A stretch of 64,000 nt of DNA, taken from positions 193,834-257,833 of the forward strand of contig MU004189.1 of assembly GCA_010093605.1 (NCBI GenBank). The letters are read 5' to 3'. The DNA comes from Lophium mytilinum (Eukaryota). The number at the start of each line of letters is the position of its first letter. The stretch's first letter is position 1. Below the pieces are notes generated by a model, which saw nothing but the letters and a program-made list of their open reading frames with translations, did no database searches and had not been told where the DNA came from. The position numbers and the translations under genes are program-made. Shown one piece after another: positions 26,078 to 37,798 of the stretch.

Positions 26078-27361
26078 ATGTCGGAGAGCCCAGTAGAGTC
26101 CGCGAGTGCCGGAGTAGAAGGGGGACAATTGGAGATGCCCGTTCTGGCAAGTATTCACTATATCAAAGGCTCACAGTACTTCGCTAACACCAAGCAGACG
26201 CGCGCTGAATTCGAAGCTCTCCGCAAGTATATCATCGTACTATCAAAAGTTCACGTACAGGAAGCAATGGCAGAGATGGATGCGGCGCGCCGCGAAGAGA
26301 TCCAGGACTTTCGCAACAAGCTGGAGCAGATCCAGTTTGCCGTCAACGAAAACGCTAAGATGATGGCGTCTTTCCTATCAGCGCTCAATGACCCGGACCG
26401 TCACCGAACTGCCGCATCTTTGCATGCCCTTGAGAGTCAGCAGTCCTTCATGGCCGCTCCTCCGAAGATGCATGGAGATGTTTATGGCCCGCACACTCCT
26501 CCTTACGGTGCCAACGACATCGTACATTCTTACGGATCCTCTTTGAACCGTTACAATAGCCCCTCTACGTCTCGTGAGACTCCCGAGCTACCAGAGTACC
26601 CGTCTTCTTTTACTGCCTCAAGTCCTGCCATCGACTGCTCCCCTACAGGTATCCGCGATTATACGCAGGCTATACAAGCGCTTCGGGACCATGCCCCGCA
26701 TCAGCCTGACCTCTACGATCTTCCTGATTCTTCGCCGACGACGCTCAAGCCTATTTCTAGACGACCGATGGGACCCTCGGCCATAAAGAAGCGACCAGTC
26801 ACACCCGACAATGAACCAGAATTCAAGCGACGCAGAGTTTTCCCTACTTCGAGGGCGAATCCTCTACATCCTCCCTCATTTGCCCCTCTCAGCAATAGAC
26901 CATACCCGAAACCCAACGAGTACAAACTGTTCCCAGGGGCCGTCACCTACGTCATGCAAAAGGAAGATCTAGTCGTCGTATCCTTCCCCGACAACGTTCC
27001 CCAAGGACTAGAAGCAACTGTTAAGCGGGTAATTGGCGAACTCGAAGCGAGGAGACCAGGATGGCGATCGGCGCCAGGTCTCTTCAATGCCATGCCGTGC
27101 ATATTCAACTACGGCCACGGTGGTGGTAGCACATGGACGTGCGAGGGACGGTACCGATACGCGTGTCGGTCTTGCTCCTCTCAGGGTAGGCCGTGCATCA
27201 AGATGAGCAAGAACAAGCAGTCTGAAGATCTCATTGAGGTCACGGTGTTCTCCCTTCATCCGACGCTCCGGAAGCAGTTCTCGCGAGCGCATTTGGACTT
27301 CTGGGTTCATGACGCTGAATATGTATTCGACTACGATTGCTTCAAGAATGCGCTGAAGTAG
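26078..27361 (+). CDS. Orphan protein: N-terminal coiled coil, disordered middle, C-terminal Cys-rich (putative Zn-binding) domain
   Basis: Long intronless ORF. The start is placed at the MSESP ATG; an upstream in-frame ATG exists near 25958. C-terminal PCIFN...WTCEG...YACRSC...RPC. Confidence 0.6.
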   Translation: MSESPVESASAGVEGGQLEMPVLASIHYIKGSQYFANTKQTRAEFEALRKYIIVLSKVHVQEAMAEMDAARREEIQDFRNKLEQIQFAVNENAKMMASFLSALNDPDRHRTAASLHALESQQSFMAAPPKMHGDVYGPHTPPYGANDIVHSYGSSLNRYNSPSTSRETPELPEYPSSFTASSPAIDCSPTGIRDYTQAIQALRDHAPHQPDLYDLPDSSPTTLKPISRRPMGPSAIKKRPVTPDNEPEFKRRRVFPTSRANPLHPPSFAPLSNRPYPKPNEYKLFPGAVTYVMQKEDLVVVSFPDNVPQGLEATVKRVIGELEARRPGWRSAPGLFNAMPCIFNYGHGGGSTWTCEGRYRYACRSCSSQGRPCIKMSKNKQSEDLIEVTVFSLHPTLRKQFSRAHLDFWVHDAEYVFDYDCFKNALK

Positions 27362-28473
27362 TATGTCCCTACTTGCTCATATACGGCAAAGGGATGGCCT
27401 AATGATGTAGTATGAAGGATCCTTGGTTTGGAGAGGTATATTATTCTCAGGGCGAGAAACTTATTGGTCAGTTTCAATAGTGATGGTCATTGGTATTACA
27501 TTCGTGCTTGGTGCACTCTGGATACAAGTACACGACTCATACTAGGTAACGAATGGACATTCGGCGGAGCTGCAAGGGATGTCGGATTCTTTGTCGAGGC
27601 AGAGGGACTGTCTCTAGCTCTGGAGTGTAGGCCTGACTACTTTTCCTACCTCAAACTCCATCAGTAACATATGCTATAATTGCTCTCCTTTCTCGTCATG
27701 CCTACTGAATGCACCTATGTTCTCATAAAACGGTACCTTGATTTTGAATAGAGGCATTACCAGTCTGTCAATGACACGTACTTTGAACCACCCGAGAATT
27801 GTTCTACGAGTCTAACGTCTACTTATCGTTAGTAAGGCGACTGATGTTATGAAAGAATGTGGTCCGCCTTGATTCGTGGCGCAGAGCTTAAATAGGATGT
27901 GCTCTATTCGGAAAGAACATGTACAGCACTGTGGCCGGAAGATTCCAATCTACCTTAACCACGATCGACGCCAACGAGTAGTGCTTGAATAAGACATCTA
28001 CGGCCTTCGATATTTAGGGATAGCGGCAGACTAGATGGAACTCGGCGCTCTTCTGCGTTGGACGCTACGAATACGAGAAAGATGATATGGAGCACACGAG
28101 TCTCGTACTTAGAGAGGATGGAAATGTACTCAAAAATCAAGAATTGCTTATCTCTGATATACGTCACGACAGGTTCGAGATTGCAATACTGTTCAAACTT
28201 GTTGAGTGATATCTTGTGATGAGAACTCCATGGCCAGAACGATCAGCGGGAGGGGGGAACGGAGGTGTATGGTATTATGGGTCAAGATAAAACAGTGGAT
28301 TTGATGAGCATATTGTTATAGAAATTTGAATGTGGAAACTAAGTACGCCCTTTAATCTTGGTCTATGAGAGTGCACCTAGCTTGCAAGCCAACTTCAGGG
28401 TGGAAGTGTGAATTCAGTCTTGATGATTAATATACAAAGGGTATCAAGAAACCCCACCACTAAAATCAAGATT

Positions 28474-30123
28474 TCAAAGAATTCTTCGGCCCGTATTTGA
28501 GGAGCCAATCGGTAATTCGGTATTGTTCTTGCCAAACTTACAAGCAAACTTTGAAGCAGCATGTGAATTGTGATTTCCCCCCCGCTGGCGCTTTCTGCAC
28601 TGTTCTTGCTCGATAATTCCATATTCATTCTCAATGCTTTCAAGCGTCTCAGAACCACGGTGAAAAGTTCTCGGACGTTTGCCAAGTCCACGCAGTCCCT
28701 CCAAGATGTTGTCGTAGCTTCCATCCAGGCGTTCTATTTTTGACTCCAACCCCTGAATCTTAGAAGTCACTTCTTCCACCGCTTGAGGCTGCATAGAGGC
28801 CTGGGCCAAAGACTTGATGTCTGACATCTCTGATCGTATATCGGCTAGGTTACGATCCATGGAAATTTGGGCCCTTGACTCTTTCTCATTCATCTCCAAA
28901 CGTAAGCTTCCCATATGGGACGTCACAGAAGCCTGGAGAGTAGACTTGAAGATCTCCACCTCGGATTGGATTTTCCCGATTCTGTAGTTCATGGAGGCCT
29001 GCATTATAGACTTGAAACTCTCCACCTCGGAACGTATCTTTTCGATCATAGGCTCCATGGGAGTGACGTCTTCTTGCTCCGTTTCGCAATGGTGTTCCGG
29101 AGAGGTAAGATCTTTTGCAAAACAATAAGCGGTCGATATTGTGGAGGAGGCATCTTTGTCCGCAGCAACTGGAGAGTCCATATGAATCGCCTCGAAGAGT
29201 CTCTGGTCGGTTGGACTCATCTTTAAATCTGGCTTCTCGTAGTCCGCGCACTTGTCTTCATCCTCGGGACCGAAGGTTATCGATCTATCATCTCTGCCCA
29301 TATCTTGACCGTTCAAGCCATCGCTCTTGCGCAAGCGTAGCTCTTCATTCGAGATGACGAATATTCTGTCAATATATGCTGGCTTTCCGCTCGATGCTAG
29401 GTGCAGATAGTACGATCTTCCAGAAAGCATAGCTTCTGGGATGAAAGGATCTTTCAGAATCGTGATCCAAGGGGGTCCCTGAAATGGCAAGTTGAGATAG
29501 TATTTCGTCGATGCCAGCTCCCTCAAGAACCATGAGGGCTTATCCTAATCCTCAATCTCACTAACTGAGACGAACAACCGCATCATTTGGTCTGTGGTAA
29601 GGCCCTGCAAACACATGTCGTACTCCTCCAAGATGACGTCTAGCCAGTCCGCAAGCCATGAGATACCGTGCTCGGTAATGAGTTCTTTGATGGTTGGAGC
29701 GGCCTCGTCCAAGATGCCGGAAGCGATGACATCCTCACGCCTTGGGAGAGTGAGACCACGGAAGTCAGCTCCTTGCGACACCTCGATGGGTTCAGATGGC
29801 TCCTTTGGTAACGGTCTGTCTTTCCCCGAGAGAGATGATACGTCTTCGTCTTTATACGGCAGGGCATCTTCGCCTTCGGATGGTAGGACCTCTTTTTCTT
29901 CCGGATGGGTAAGGGTAGGGGTAGGGGTACGGAACAGTGCGTTGTACCAATCTTCATACATCTTGCTATTCAATGGCCAGCTTATATTTTTCGCTCCCGT
30001 CAAGGCACTCAATGACGAAAACATACCTTTGTGTTTTAGTCTGCTTCGCCCTAGGGGCTTAGCGATATGTTCCAAGAAAGGAGTATGTTCTAGCGCTGCT
30101 GAGTCCGTAAATCGCTCGCTCAC
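28474..30123 (-). CDS. Orphan protein with four 22-residue amphipathic repeats and a C-terminal basic NLS-like segment; start uncertain
   Basis: ORFs 29545-30123 and 28474-29526 join in frame through a phase-0 intron (GTTAGT...TTCAG, FVS/GPPW). Basic motifs KRPR and RKRQR. Confidence 0.6.
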
Positions 30124-30431
30124 ACGGGAAACCGTTGTCCAGATCTGGTATCTGACATGAAGCTTTCAGTAAAGAGCATGACGTCTTGCAGAGTGGAGGG
30201 AGCAAGAACTTACGCATGCGCTGAGTTTGCTATATGACGATGGAGCTGAGGTTGCAGATAGCTTCTTTGCTAGGCGTTGCGATAGCTTGGCCTCGCGTTG
30301 GATTGCCAGATGGAAAGACCCGCGACTCCGCAGCGCGAAGATCGCAAAGGGATTGGCCGAATTCAACTCTAGACGAGCAAGATCATCGCGAAAGAAGCTG
30401 AGGTAGATGAAGGAGACAAAGGAGGAGGATA

Positions 30432-30464
30432 AAGAAGAAGAAGAAGAAGAAGAAGAAGAAGAAG
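30432..30464. repeat. (AAG/GAA)10-11 microsatellite
   Basis: Uninterrupted aag run. Confidence 0.95.
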
Positions 30465-30835
30465 AGATTGAGGAATGAAGGTAGTCTATATAAGTAGGAA
30501 GAAACCTTTTTAGAAAGGTAAGTGAAAAGCTCCAATCGCCGGTGAGTTCGAAATTTGAACAACTCACTTTGACGTGACTTTGAAATGATAGAGCACAGAT
30601 AAACAGAGAGGAGAAGAAGTTGGACTATCGGGTCGCCGGACTACGAACTTATGGAACTATAATTGCTCATACTCTAGAGTAAGAGTATGATCGTCCATCT
30701 CGACACACCTCATCACTCAATACAGGTCGTGCACTAATACAGCAGCGGCACATTAGCTCCAGCTTCTGTCTAAAGATACCTCAGCCATACTGCAATTCGA
30801 GGTAGAAGGAAGTTCTCAAGAACATCAACGTTCCA

Positions 30836-31465
30836 TCACTTCCAAATACCTCTCAAGCCATCAGAGGACTCGCCCAACACCGGATCCCTCATCGGCAGGC
30901 CCACTTCTCCCTTCCCCTCCCCACCAACACAAAAGTCCCACTCGCCTCCCTTCGGATACGCACCCAGCATAACAAACCCCGACACATCAATCTCATCCAA
31001 ATCCACCCCACTAACCCCCCTCCCCTCTCCCGGCGTCAAAATTTCGAATGGCATCTCCGGCGTTGCGTTGAAAGTCTTATGCGACACACCCGCCGGGATA
31101 ACAAACACATCGCCCGCCTTCGTATCGATCTCAACCCCGCCGTCTTCATGATCCGCGGCCGGATCTTCCTGAGAAGTCAGGTCCGAAGCGCCGAATCGGA
31201 GCCGGGCACGACCGTTCAGGACGACCATTGTTTCGTGAGTTTTGGAGTGGTAATGAGCGCGCTGGGAGGTGGCGTAACGGATGATCCATTGCGTTTCCCA
31301 GCCGTTGTCTTCGAAGATCTTGGAGGCTTCTGAGGGGAAGAGTTGCGTTACGTCGACTAGATTGGGGTAGTGCAAGAGTGGGTATGAGGAGTTTGGAGTC
31401 AGTGGCGTTGGACGGAATTGGTACGAAATTGGTTTGGCGTCTTTTAGACCTGCTCGTTGCGCCAT
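30836..31465 (-). CDS. Cupin-domain protein (YjlB-like)
   Basis: HYHSKTHE cupin motif 1, GDVFVIPAGVSH motif 2, PLLHY, GAYP. Confidence 0.88.
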   Translation of the reverse strand: MAQRAGLKDAKPISYQFRPTPLTPNSSYPLLHYPNLVDVTQLFPSEASKIFEDNGWETQWIIRYATSQRAHYHSKTHETMVVLNGRARLRFGASDLTSQEDPAADHEDGGVEIDTKAGDVFVIPAGVSHKTFNATPEMPFEILTPGEGRGVSGVDLDEIDVSGFVMLGAYPKGGEWDFCVGGEGKGEVGLPMRDPVLGESSDGLRGIWK

Positions 31466-32038
31466 ATTGATGTTGTATCTTGATTCTGATGCTGATGTAG
31501 GTATTGTGTGTAACGATCTTAAGGTTGCGGATGATATGTGAGGTTAAGGTGGGGTGTCATTGACTGCTTCTTTAGTCTCTAGAGTAGCTTGCCGCTAAGG
31601 GTATGATGCTCCGCCACGCCCTATACTCTACAAGCACACCTATCCTTCGTGAACTTCAGTCCTACTATTGCACTTTCGTAGTCCAAGAATCACAATAAGT
31701 AACCCTGACATAGACACTGGGCCGCGTAATCCATCAATATCTGCCTGATTTCAATTGTCTGCCGAGTCATATGTCATCTCCGCAAAACGCTTGATACTTC
31801 GGAAAGAAATCGACTGAGACCCCCTTCTCTGTTTGGTGGATCTTTAACTTCAATATAGCGTGTGAATGCAGTCTCTTGAATGATCCGAATTGATTCGCCT
31901 TTTGACAGTGCAACGCAAAACCCACTGCCTCAGAAAGCAGACATTAGTAGAACGTACCATTTCGAGTTCCCATAGTTCCTCGAAGGATTTTCTTGCCAGA
32001 TGCGGCGACTATATGAGATCGTACTCCTGCCCTCTCAT

Positions 32039-32464
32039 CTACACTTCCAATCTTTGCAACAACGCCCTAAGAACCCAGTTTTCCCTTCCCGTCCTACTCT
32101 CAACTATCTTCACACCGGTATCGACCTGTGCCTGCAATCGCTTCAGTGTCTCACGTGTATATGCCATACTTCCTGCGCTTTCGAGTTGCTCCAGTACAAG
32201 ATGCTTATGCTGCTCCGACATATGTTCTACTTCTCTTCTTCGCTGGAGCAGCTCGCGTAGCATTTGCATGTTGCTGTTGGATGAGTTCAAGCGGACGGCG
32301 TGGATTAGCGGGAGTGAGTATTTCCCCTCGTCGAAGTCCTCGCAGAAACCCTTCTTGGCAGAGTACTGGCGCGCAGTAGATTTGTTAGTGTGCACTCTGA
32401 ACATGAACACAGAGAAATTGCTTACTTCGTCAGACCGGAGGTTTTGATAAACATCGCGGATCTG
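32039..32464 (-). pseudogene. 3' fragment of a trans-prenyltransferase (GGPP/GFPP synthase domain, bifunctional terpene synthase type)
   Basis: QIRDVYQNL (family consensus QIRDDYQNL), a 60-nt intron at 32366-32425, then YSAKKGFCEDFDEGKYSLPLIHA...GSMAYT...ENWVLRALLQRLEV*. The upstream part, including the first DDxxD, is absent. Confidence 0.85.
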
Positions 32465-32486
32465 GCGTGTCAAGCCACCACTGCCA

Positions 32487-32930
32487 TCAATGGGCCAGTG
32501 CACAAACAGTCTTGGGCACAGCCACGGAAGCCGCGAAGGCTTGCTGGGCGGAGAGAGTCGGGAGGCTGCTCGCACAGTAGGAACCGTAGAGCTCTTGAGC
32601 ACTTGTCATATCGGGTGGGCTATCTGGGCATGCGGAGCTCACGCAATCGGCTAGCATAGAGGAAACGCTGCCTGCGAGATCGGTGCGGCACATGCAGGAA
32701 TCGGCATATGGGGATTTGCAGCTGAGACACCAGGGGAGATCTGGCGCGCCGTTAGTGACGCCGGACTAGATGCATTCTTGCACGCAATAACGGGCGACTG
32801 AGAAGGCCGCAAATTCGGTGATGCTGAAGGTGCTCTCGGCTGTGGTAAAGGGGAGAAATGGCGCTAGGGCGGAGAGGAGATTTAGGAAAGATGGAAGAGA
32901 GAATGACGAAATAGAATCAGTGCCCGGCAT
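32487..32930 (-). pseudogene. Cys-rich CFEM-like secreted/extracellular protein with an internal stop
   Basis: One frame reads MPG...hydrophobic leader...ARYCVQECI*SG...LSCKSPYADSCMCRTDLAGSVSSMLADCVSSAC...LYGSYC. The in-frame TAG is at 32766-32768. Confidence 0.65.
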
Positions 32931-33557
32931 GGCTATGATGAAGTCGTAGAGAGCGTTGAAAGAATCCAAATTTACAAGCAAACGTGGATTTCGTGGAACT
33001 TCAGACAAGAAACTGTCAAGTTTTTCTTGAAGTTCGAGCGGGTAAACAAATATAGTTTCTCTTTGCGTCCGGTGACCTAGCGCGGAAACTGAGTCGATCT
33101 CAGGCGTCCGGCATCGTTATCCCATACTGTAATTTGTGGCTTGATTTTAGGGCTGGGTCACCGAATGCAAAGAAAAGTTGTAATGAAAAGCTTGTGGGAA
33201 TTGAGATTGAGAGCTTACGAGAGAAGATTGACAAGGGTTGTGAGAGGTTACCCATGTGGAACAGCTTTACCTCACCGAAGACCACCTGCTAGCTCCGCGA
33301 TGTATGCATCAAACCTCGTCTCCTGCTCCGGGCATCGAAGAGAGTTTACAAGAACGATTGGTGTGAGATTTTGATTAAGACGTTTTTCCTAACATGCTTC
33401 TAGCACGCTGCCCAACCATCTTAGGCACCTTTGCCGCACAAAGCCCAAGATTTTGGATCCGAACTGTGAATCCAGGGTATAGGTCAACCAAGCGCCTTTA
33501 AAATGCCAAATCTTCCCTAAAACTCCTGTGAATGCCAGTTCGCAACAGCGCAGTAAC

Positions 33558-34497
33558 TCAGTCCTCCATTCTCGCATCCGCCTCCTCCTCTACTGGTTCC
33601 CTCGGCTCCTGAGCCTCATGGTACTGTATGGCATCATCAATATAGCTCAACACTGCACCAACACTATCCTCCTTCTGCACATCCAACTGCAGAAACGATA
33701 CCATGCTGAAATCATCAATTAGCTGCGCAACCGCCTTATTCAACTGATGAAACGAGCTCCCGCCCATCACATTCTCCACAGCAGTTGGATCGCTGCTGCG
33801 AATCGCGCCTGGCTTTTCCTCTTCGACATGGCGGGCCTCGTCGTCGTCGATCAGGCCCGCGTCCGGGTCGATGAAGCGTTTTAGGTCCCTCCGCGGTATC
33901 TGGCCTTTCACAAGATCCATCTTCGAAAGGATGTTGATATGCGGCATCTCGAGCATCATCATCGCCGACATGGCGCTCAGGGTACCAGCGAAGAACTTCG
34001 GGCGATCAATGATGAACGTGCTCTCCAGAAGATACGCCGCGCACATCCTGATATTCAGGCTCCCGCCCATAAGCACCTGCACTAGTTTCGGCAAGATCGG
34101 GACATGCGTGTACAGCTCAATCTGTCCGGGCATGTCGAACACGATCAGGTATTCCTCGGTCACCAGATCGAGGGGCTCGGTCAGGAAATCGAGGTTCTCG
34201 AGCAGGAACTCGAAGCAGTATATGAGCCCGCCGTTGGGGCCGAGCCCCATTTCTTCCATGACGTCGGAGAGGGAGATGAGGTCTTTGATGTCGATGTCGG
34301 GCGCGAAGGAGAACTCTTCGGCGGCGGGGTCGAGGTTGACATAGTAGCATGGCCGTTTGTTGTTTTGAAGGTGCTGGATGAGCGCGGTGCAAAAGGTGGA
34401 TTTGCCGGCGCCGGCGGGGCCCTAATGAGGGTCAGAATAGAGGGGACAGAGGGAAAAGGGGAGAGCTTGCCATGACTAAGGTGCCGAATTTGCTCAT
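33558..34497 (-). CDS. GPN3: GPN-loop GTPase 3
   Basis: MSKFGTLVM/GPAGAGKSTFC, VNLDPAAE, GLGPNGGL, FDMPGQIELYTH, LSKMDL. The first intron (34422-34470) is GC-AG. Confidence 0.95.
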
Positions 34498-35002
34498 TGT
34501 CGTGGTTGTTCGCGGTGCAGCACCGCGGGAGCTTTGGTGGGGGTTGCAAGGTGAACTGGAACTAGAGGTTGTATCTTTTTATTGCCGGGCGGTGAAAGAT
34601 CACGTAAGCAGCCCTAATATAAGGTTCGAGCTGCCCTTTATGGGCAGATACAGGGCACAGGGTTCCACGGGTAGGGTTGGCGGAGGGGTCCTGGAGCTTT
34701 ACCGATCCAAGTGCTTTAAGTGCTTTGGGAAAGCTTCGAGGAATTTACAGCGGAAGTATCTTCACAACCTACAAAATCTAGACGCAGTGACAGATTAACA
34801 AAGCTTACAATTCCAAATTTCATCCAATATTATAGTAGTAACTAGGGAAGCTTGATGGGCATTGTCAAATCATGTATGCCGCCGGCTGAGCAAGCGGCAC
34901 ATGGACAGCTATATGTGCGGCCTCGAAAAAGCCAAGAGAGGACTGGACATGATATTAGGGGTATGTAGTCCAAGATGGAAAGCGCACATAGATAGCGGCT
35001 GA

Positions 35003-35907
35003 CTATTCGTCGTCCGGATCATACATATCCAACCCTTGGAAGACAGCGTGGGGTTGTTGCGCTGGCCTTGCACTAGAGACATAGGCGCTTTCACGTCGTC
35101 GCGCCTCCGCCTCCGCCTCCCTCTCCTGCTGCTCCTGTTTCTCACGCTCCACCTCTTCCGCGCGTCTCTTGTCCTCGGCCTCCTGTTCGGCGGGCCCTAG
35201 CACGGTCGCTGGATCTTGGCCTCGATTAACCATGCCTTGGATGTGGCCGAGTGCTCCTCCCCGGATTATATTGTCAGTAGGCCACGGCATGAACGGTGCT
35301 CGCGATGCCTCTTCTAGCCAATCCTTCTGGGCTTGCGTCAATGTAGACTGAGCCTTCCCATCTCCGTTTTCCTTCGTGGCGTCATGGTTCGTGCCCTGGT
35401 TCGCCGGTGTACCTACTCCATTGGACATGTTGACGTCGGTCTGATCTGTTTGTCCTGCAGGCGCTTCTTCTTTTGCAGGCGGTGGGCGAATTGCGGACGG
35501 GGCTGTGTATTTAGCTAGATTCTTCGCAAACTGTAGCACCTCATCGAAAGGCACGTGGCGCGACGAAGCTGGGAAGGTGGTTGCGGGTGTAGCTAGGAGC
35601 TCCTTGCGCAAATCGGCGAGGGTTGTGAGCGAGCCTTTCAGCTGTCCCTCTAGAGAAGCTACTGTCTGGCGAAGGGAGAGTATGCGAGCATAGTTGGCCT
35701 GATGAACTGCTACTGCGTAGCTTGTCAGAGCTGTCCATAGAACACTGGAACCGACATACGTTGATCCAGCTCTTTGCTCAAGTCATCGTCTGCTGCTACG
35801 AGGTTAACGGCAGCCTGGGTTGAGGGATTGTAGGATGTGATTGAGTCTATCAGCGTGTTGAGAGCGGTTTCGACGCGCTGAAACTGCGTCTGGAGGATGA
35901 CATCCAT
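35003..35907 (-). CDS. MED4: Mediator subunit Med4
   Basis: FQRVETALNTLIDSITSYNPS, LVAADDDLSKEL, VPFDEVLQFAKNLAKYT, PWPTDNIIRGGAL, LDMYDPDDE; one intron. Confidence 0.88.
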
Positions 35908-36585
35908 GGCGGAAGGTGCAGTTCTGGGGGAAGTCGGGAGGTGGAGCTCAAAGAAGTGGAAGCCAGGAAGCGCGGTTTAGGTGTGGGCTGATTATTTTGC
36001 ACGGCGCTACTGTGGCAAAACACATAGATCTGACAGGTGTAACTACATACATGGCAATGATAGATCTAAAGTCTCCGCAGATGTGCTGCTGGCCAGCGAC
36101 TACCCTTGCCCGCTATTCTTTCCAAAGCACTGTAGACGAGGCGTCTCAGCTCGAGGCAAACGGGCGGCCGAATCAGATGCCGGCCTATATTTGGCCGCCT
36201 CGAACGTTCGGACGATTGCCTCCAAAGCGGTTCTAACCAAGAGTGACGTTCCTAAACGCCTGCCCTTCTCTCACTCCGCGCGCACTCTTCTACCCTCAAT
36301 ACCGCCCCCAACCTCTGCCCCTTCTGCCTATTCACTATCCTCCAGTCTTCTACCTCCTTCGACCGTTTTACGCCACCTCATAACCACGGTACCTAGGTAC
36401 ACTGCCCACCGTCCCCGCCTGGCTGCGCCCCCGCGCCCCTCCATTCTCCCCACCAGCTGCTACCTATCTCTGCGACTGCTTACCCACGAGAGCCCGCGCC
36501 CACCACCACCGACTCTACGCCTGCACGCGAATTCGACTGATCGCTCGACCCGGTACACTGCTGTGGAGTGCCATCCAGACGCACT

Positions 36586-37798
36586 ATGGGGAAATCGTAA
36601 GTTGCGCTCTCATTTTCATCCCATGCCGCTTGAGGACTGCGGAGGAGGCCTTTTTAGCCGCCTTGCCAGCCGCTCTATCACCAGTTGGCGACTTCTTTGC
36701 GACCACCATGGAGGAAGCCAGCACTCCCGCCTCCGACTGTCACTGCCTCACTTTCACCGCACTCGGCCTCCTGCTCAACATGTTGCGCACCCCGCTTCAC
36801 GCCTCTCGACACTTTGCCCCGTCACGTCTCGAACCATCGCTACAACGACTACGACTCTGGCACCATGTCTCCGGAACACATTCCCCTCGGTGATGACGAA
36901 GTGCCAATGCTCTCTCAAGAGCATGCATCTACGAACTTTGCCAGACACCGACCCGTCCACATACCTAAGTCCGGGGAGCCCGGCTACGACGACTACATCT
37001 CCAAGCGCGAAGTGGCCCTAGAAATCGGAGTGAAGGCCATGGAGCGCCAATTGAAAATGTAGACCGGCGGTCGGGCGCGTATGATTGCAAAGAATGACTG
37101 GCTGACTGTACCGTCCCATAGGCAGAGCAAGCTCTCTCAACAGGAGCTCGCTGATCTCCAGAAAGCGACACACTTCGACAAGAAGGAGCTGCAACAATGG
37201 TACAAGGGTAAGCCACCCTGTGAGAGTGGGGGTGCATCGAGCAACTGCTAAGCACCACATGGACTTTGTAGGGTTCTTGAAGGATTGCCCCTCCGGCATG
37301 CTCACCAAGGAGGAGTTCCAAAAGATCTACAAGCAGTTCTTCCCATTCGGCGACCCGTCCTCGTTCGCGGATTATGTCTTTAATGTCTTCGACGCGGACA
37401 AATCAGGCACAATCGACTTCAAGGAATTCATCTGCGCATTGAGTGTCACCAGCCGAGGGAAGATGGAGGACAAGTTAGATTGGGCTTTCCAGTTATATGA
37501 CATCGATGGCGACGGCAAGATCAGCTACGAGGAGATGCTTGCGATCGTAGAGGCAATCTACAAAATGGTGCGTTCTCCAACTTTTCTGTTTCTGGCAGTT
37601 CTAACAGAGATCGCGCAGGTCGGCTCCATGGTCAAACTCCCCGAAGACGAAGACACGCCCGAGAAGCGAGTGCGCAAGATCTTCCGCATGATGGACAAGG
37701 ACGAGAACGGCAGCCTGGACATGGCCGAGTTCAAGGAGGGATCCAAGAGGGACGAGACGATCGTTTCGGCGCTGTCGCTGTACGACGGGCTTGTCTAG
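36586..37798 (+). CDS. FRQ1: Frequenin/neuronal calcium sensor NCS-1 (Frq1), N-myristoylated EF-hand protein
   Basis: Exon 1 ATGGGGAAATC (36586-36596), a 525-nt intron, then QSKLSQQEL...[22 protein letters not shown]-hands [25 protein letters not shown] and [12 protein letters not shown]. Confidence 0.96.
36865..37062 (+). CDS. 65-aa ORF nested in frequenin intron 1 (candidate alternative first exon)
   Basis: CACCATG start context and coding-like codon usage. The GT at 37059 is in the correct phase to splice to frequenin exon 2. Confidence 0.4.
   Translation: MSPEHIPLGDDEVPMLSQEHASTNFARHRPVHIPKSGEPGYDDYISKREVALEIGVKAMERQLKM

Noticed and set aside
32766..32771. Programmed readthrough of the internal TAG in the CFEM-like frame
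   Set aside because: Context TAG-TCC is not a known readthrough motif and the adjoining gene is also broken; a nonsense mutation is simpler.
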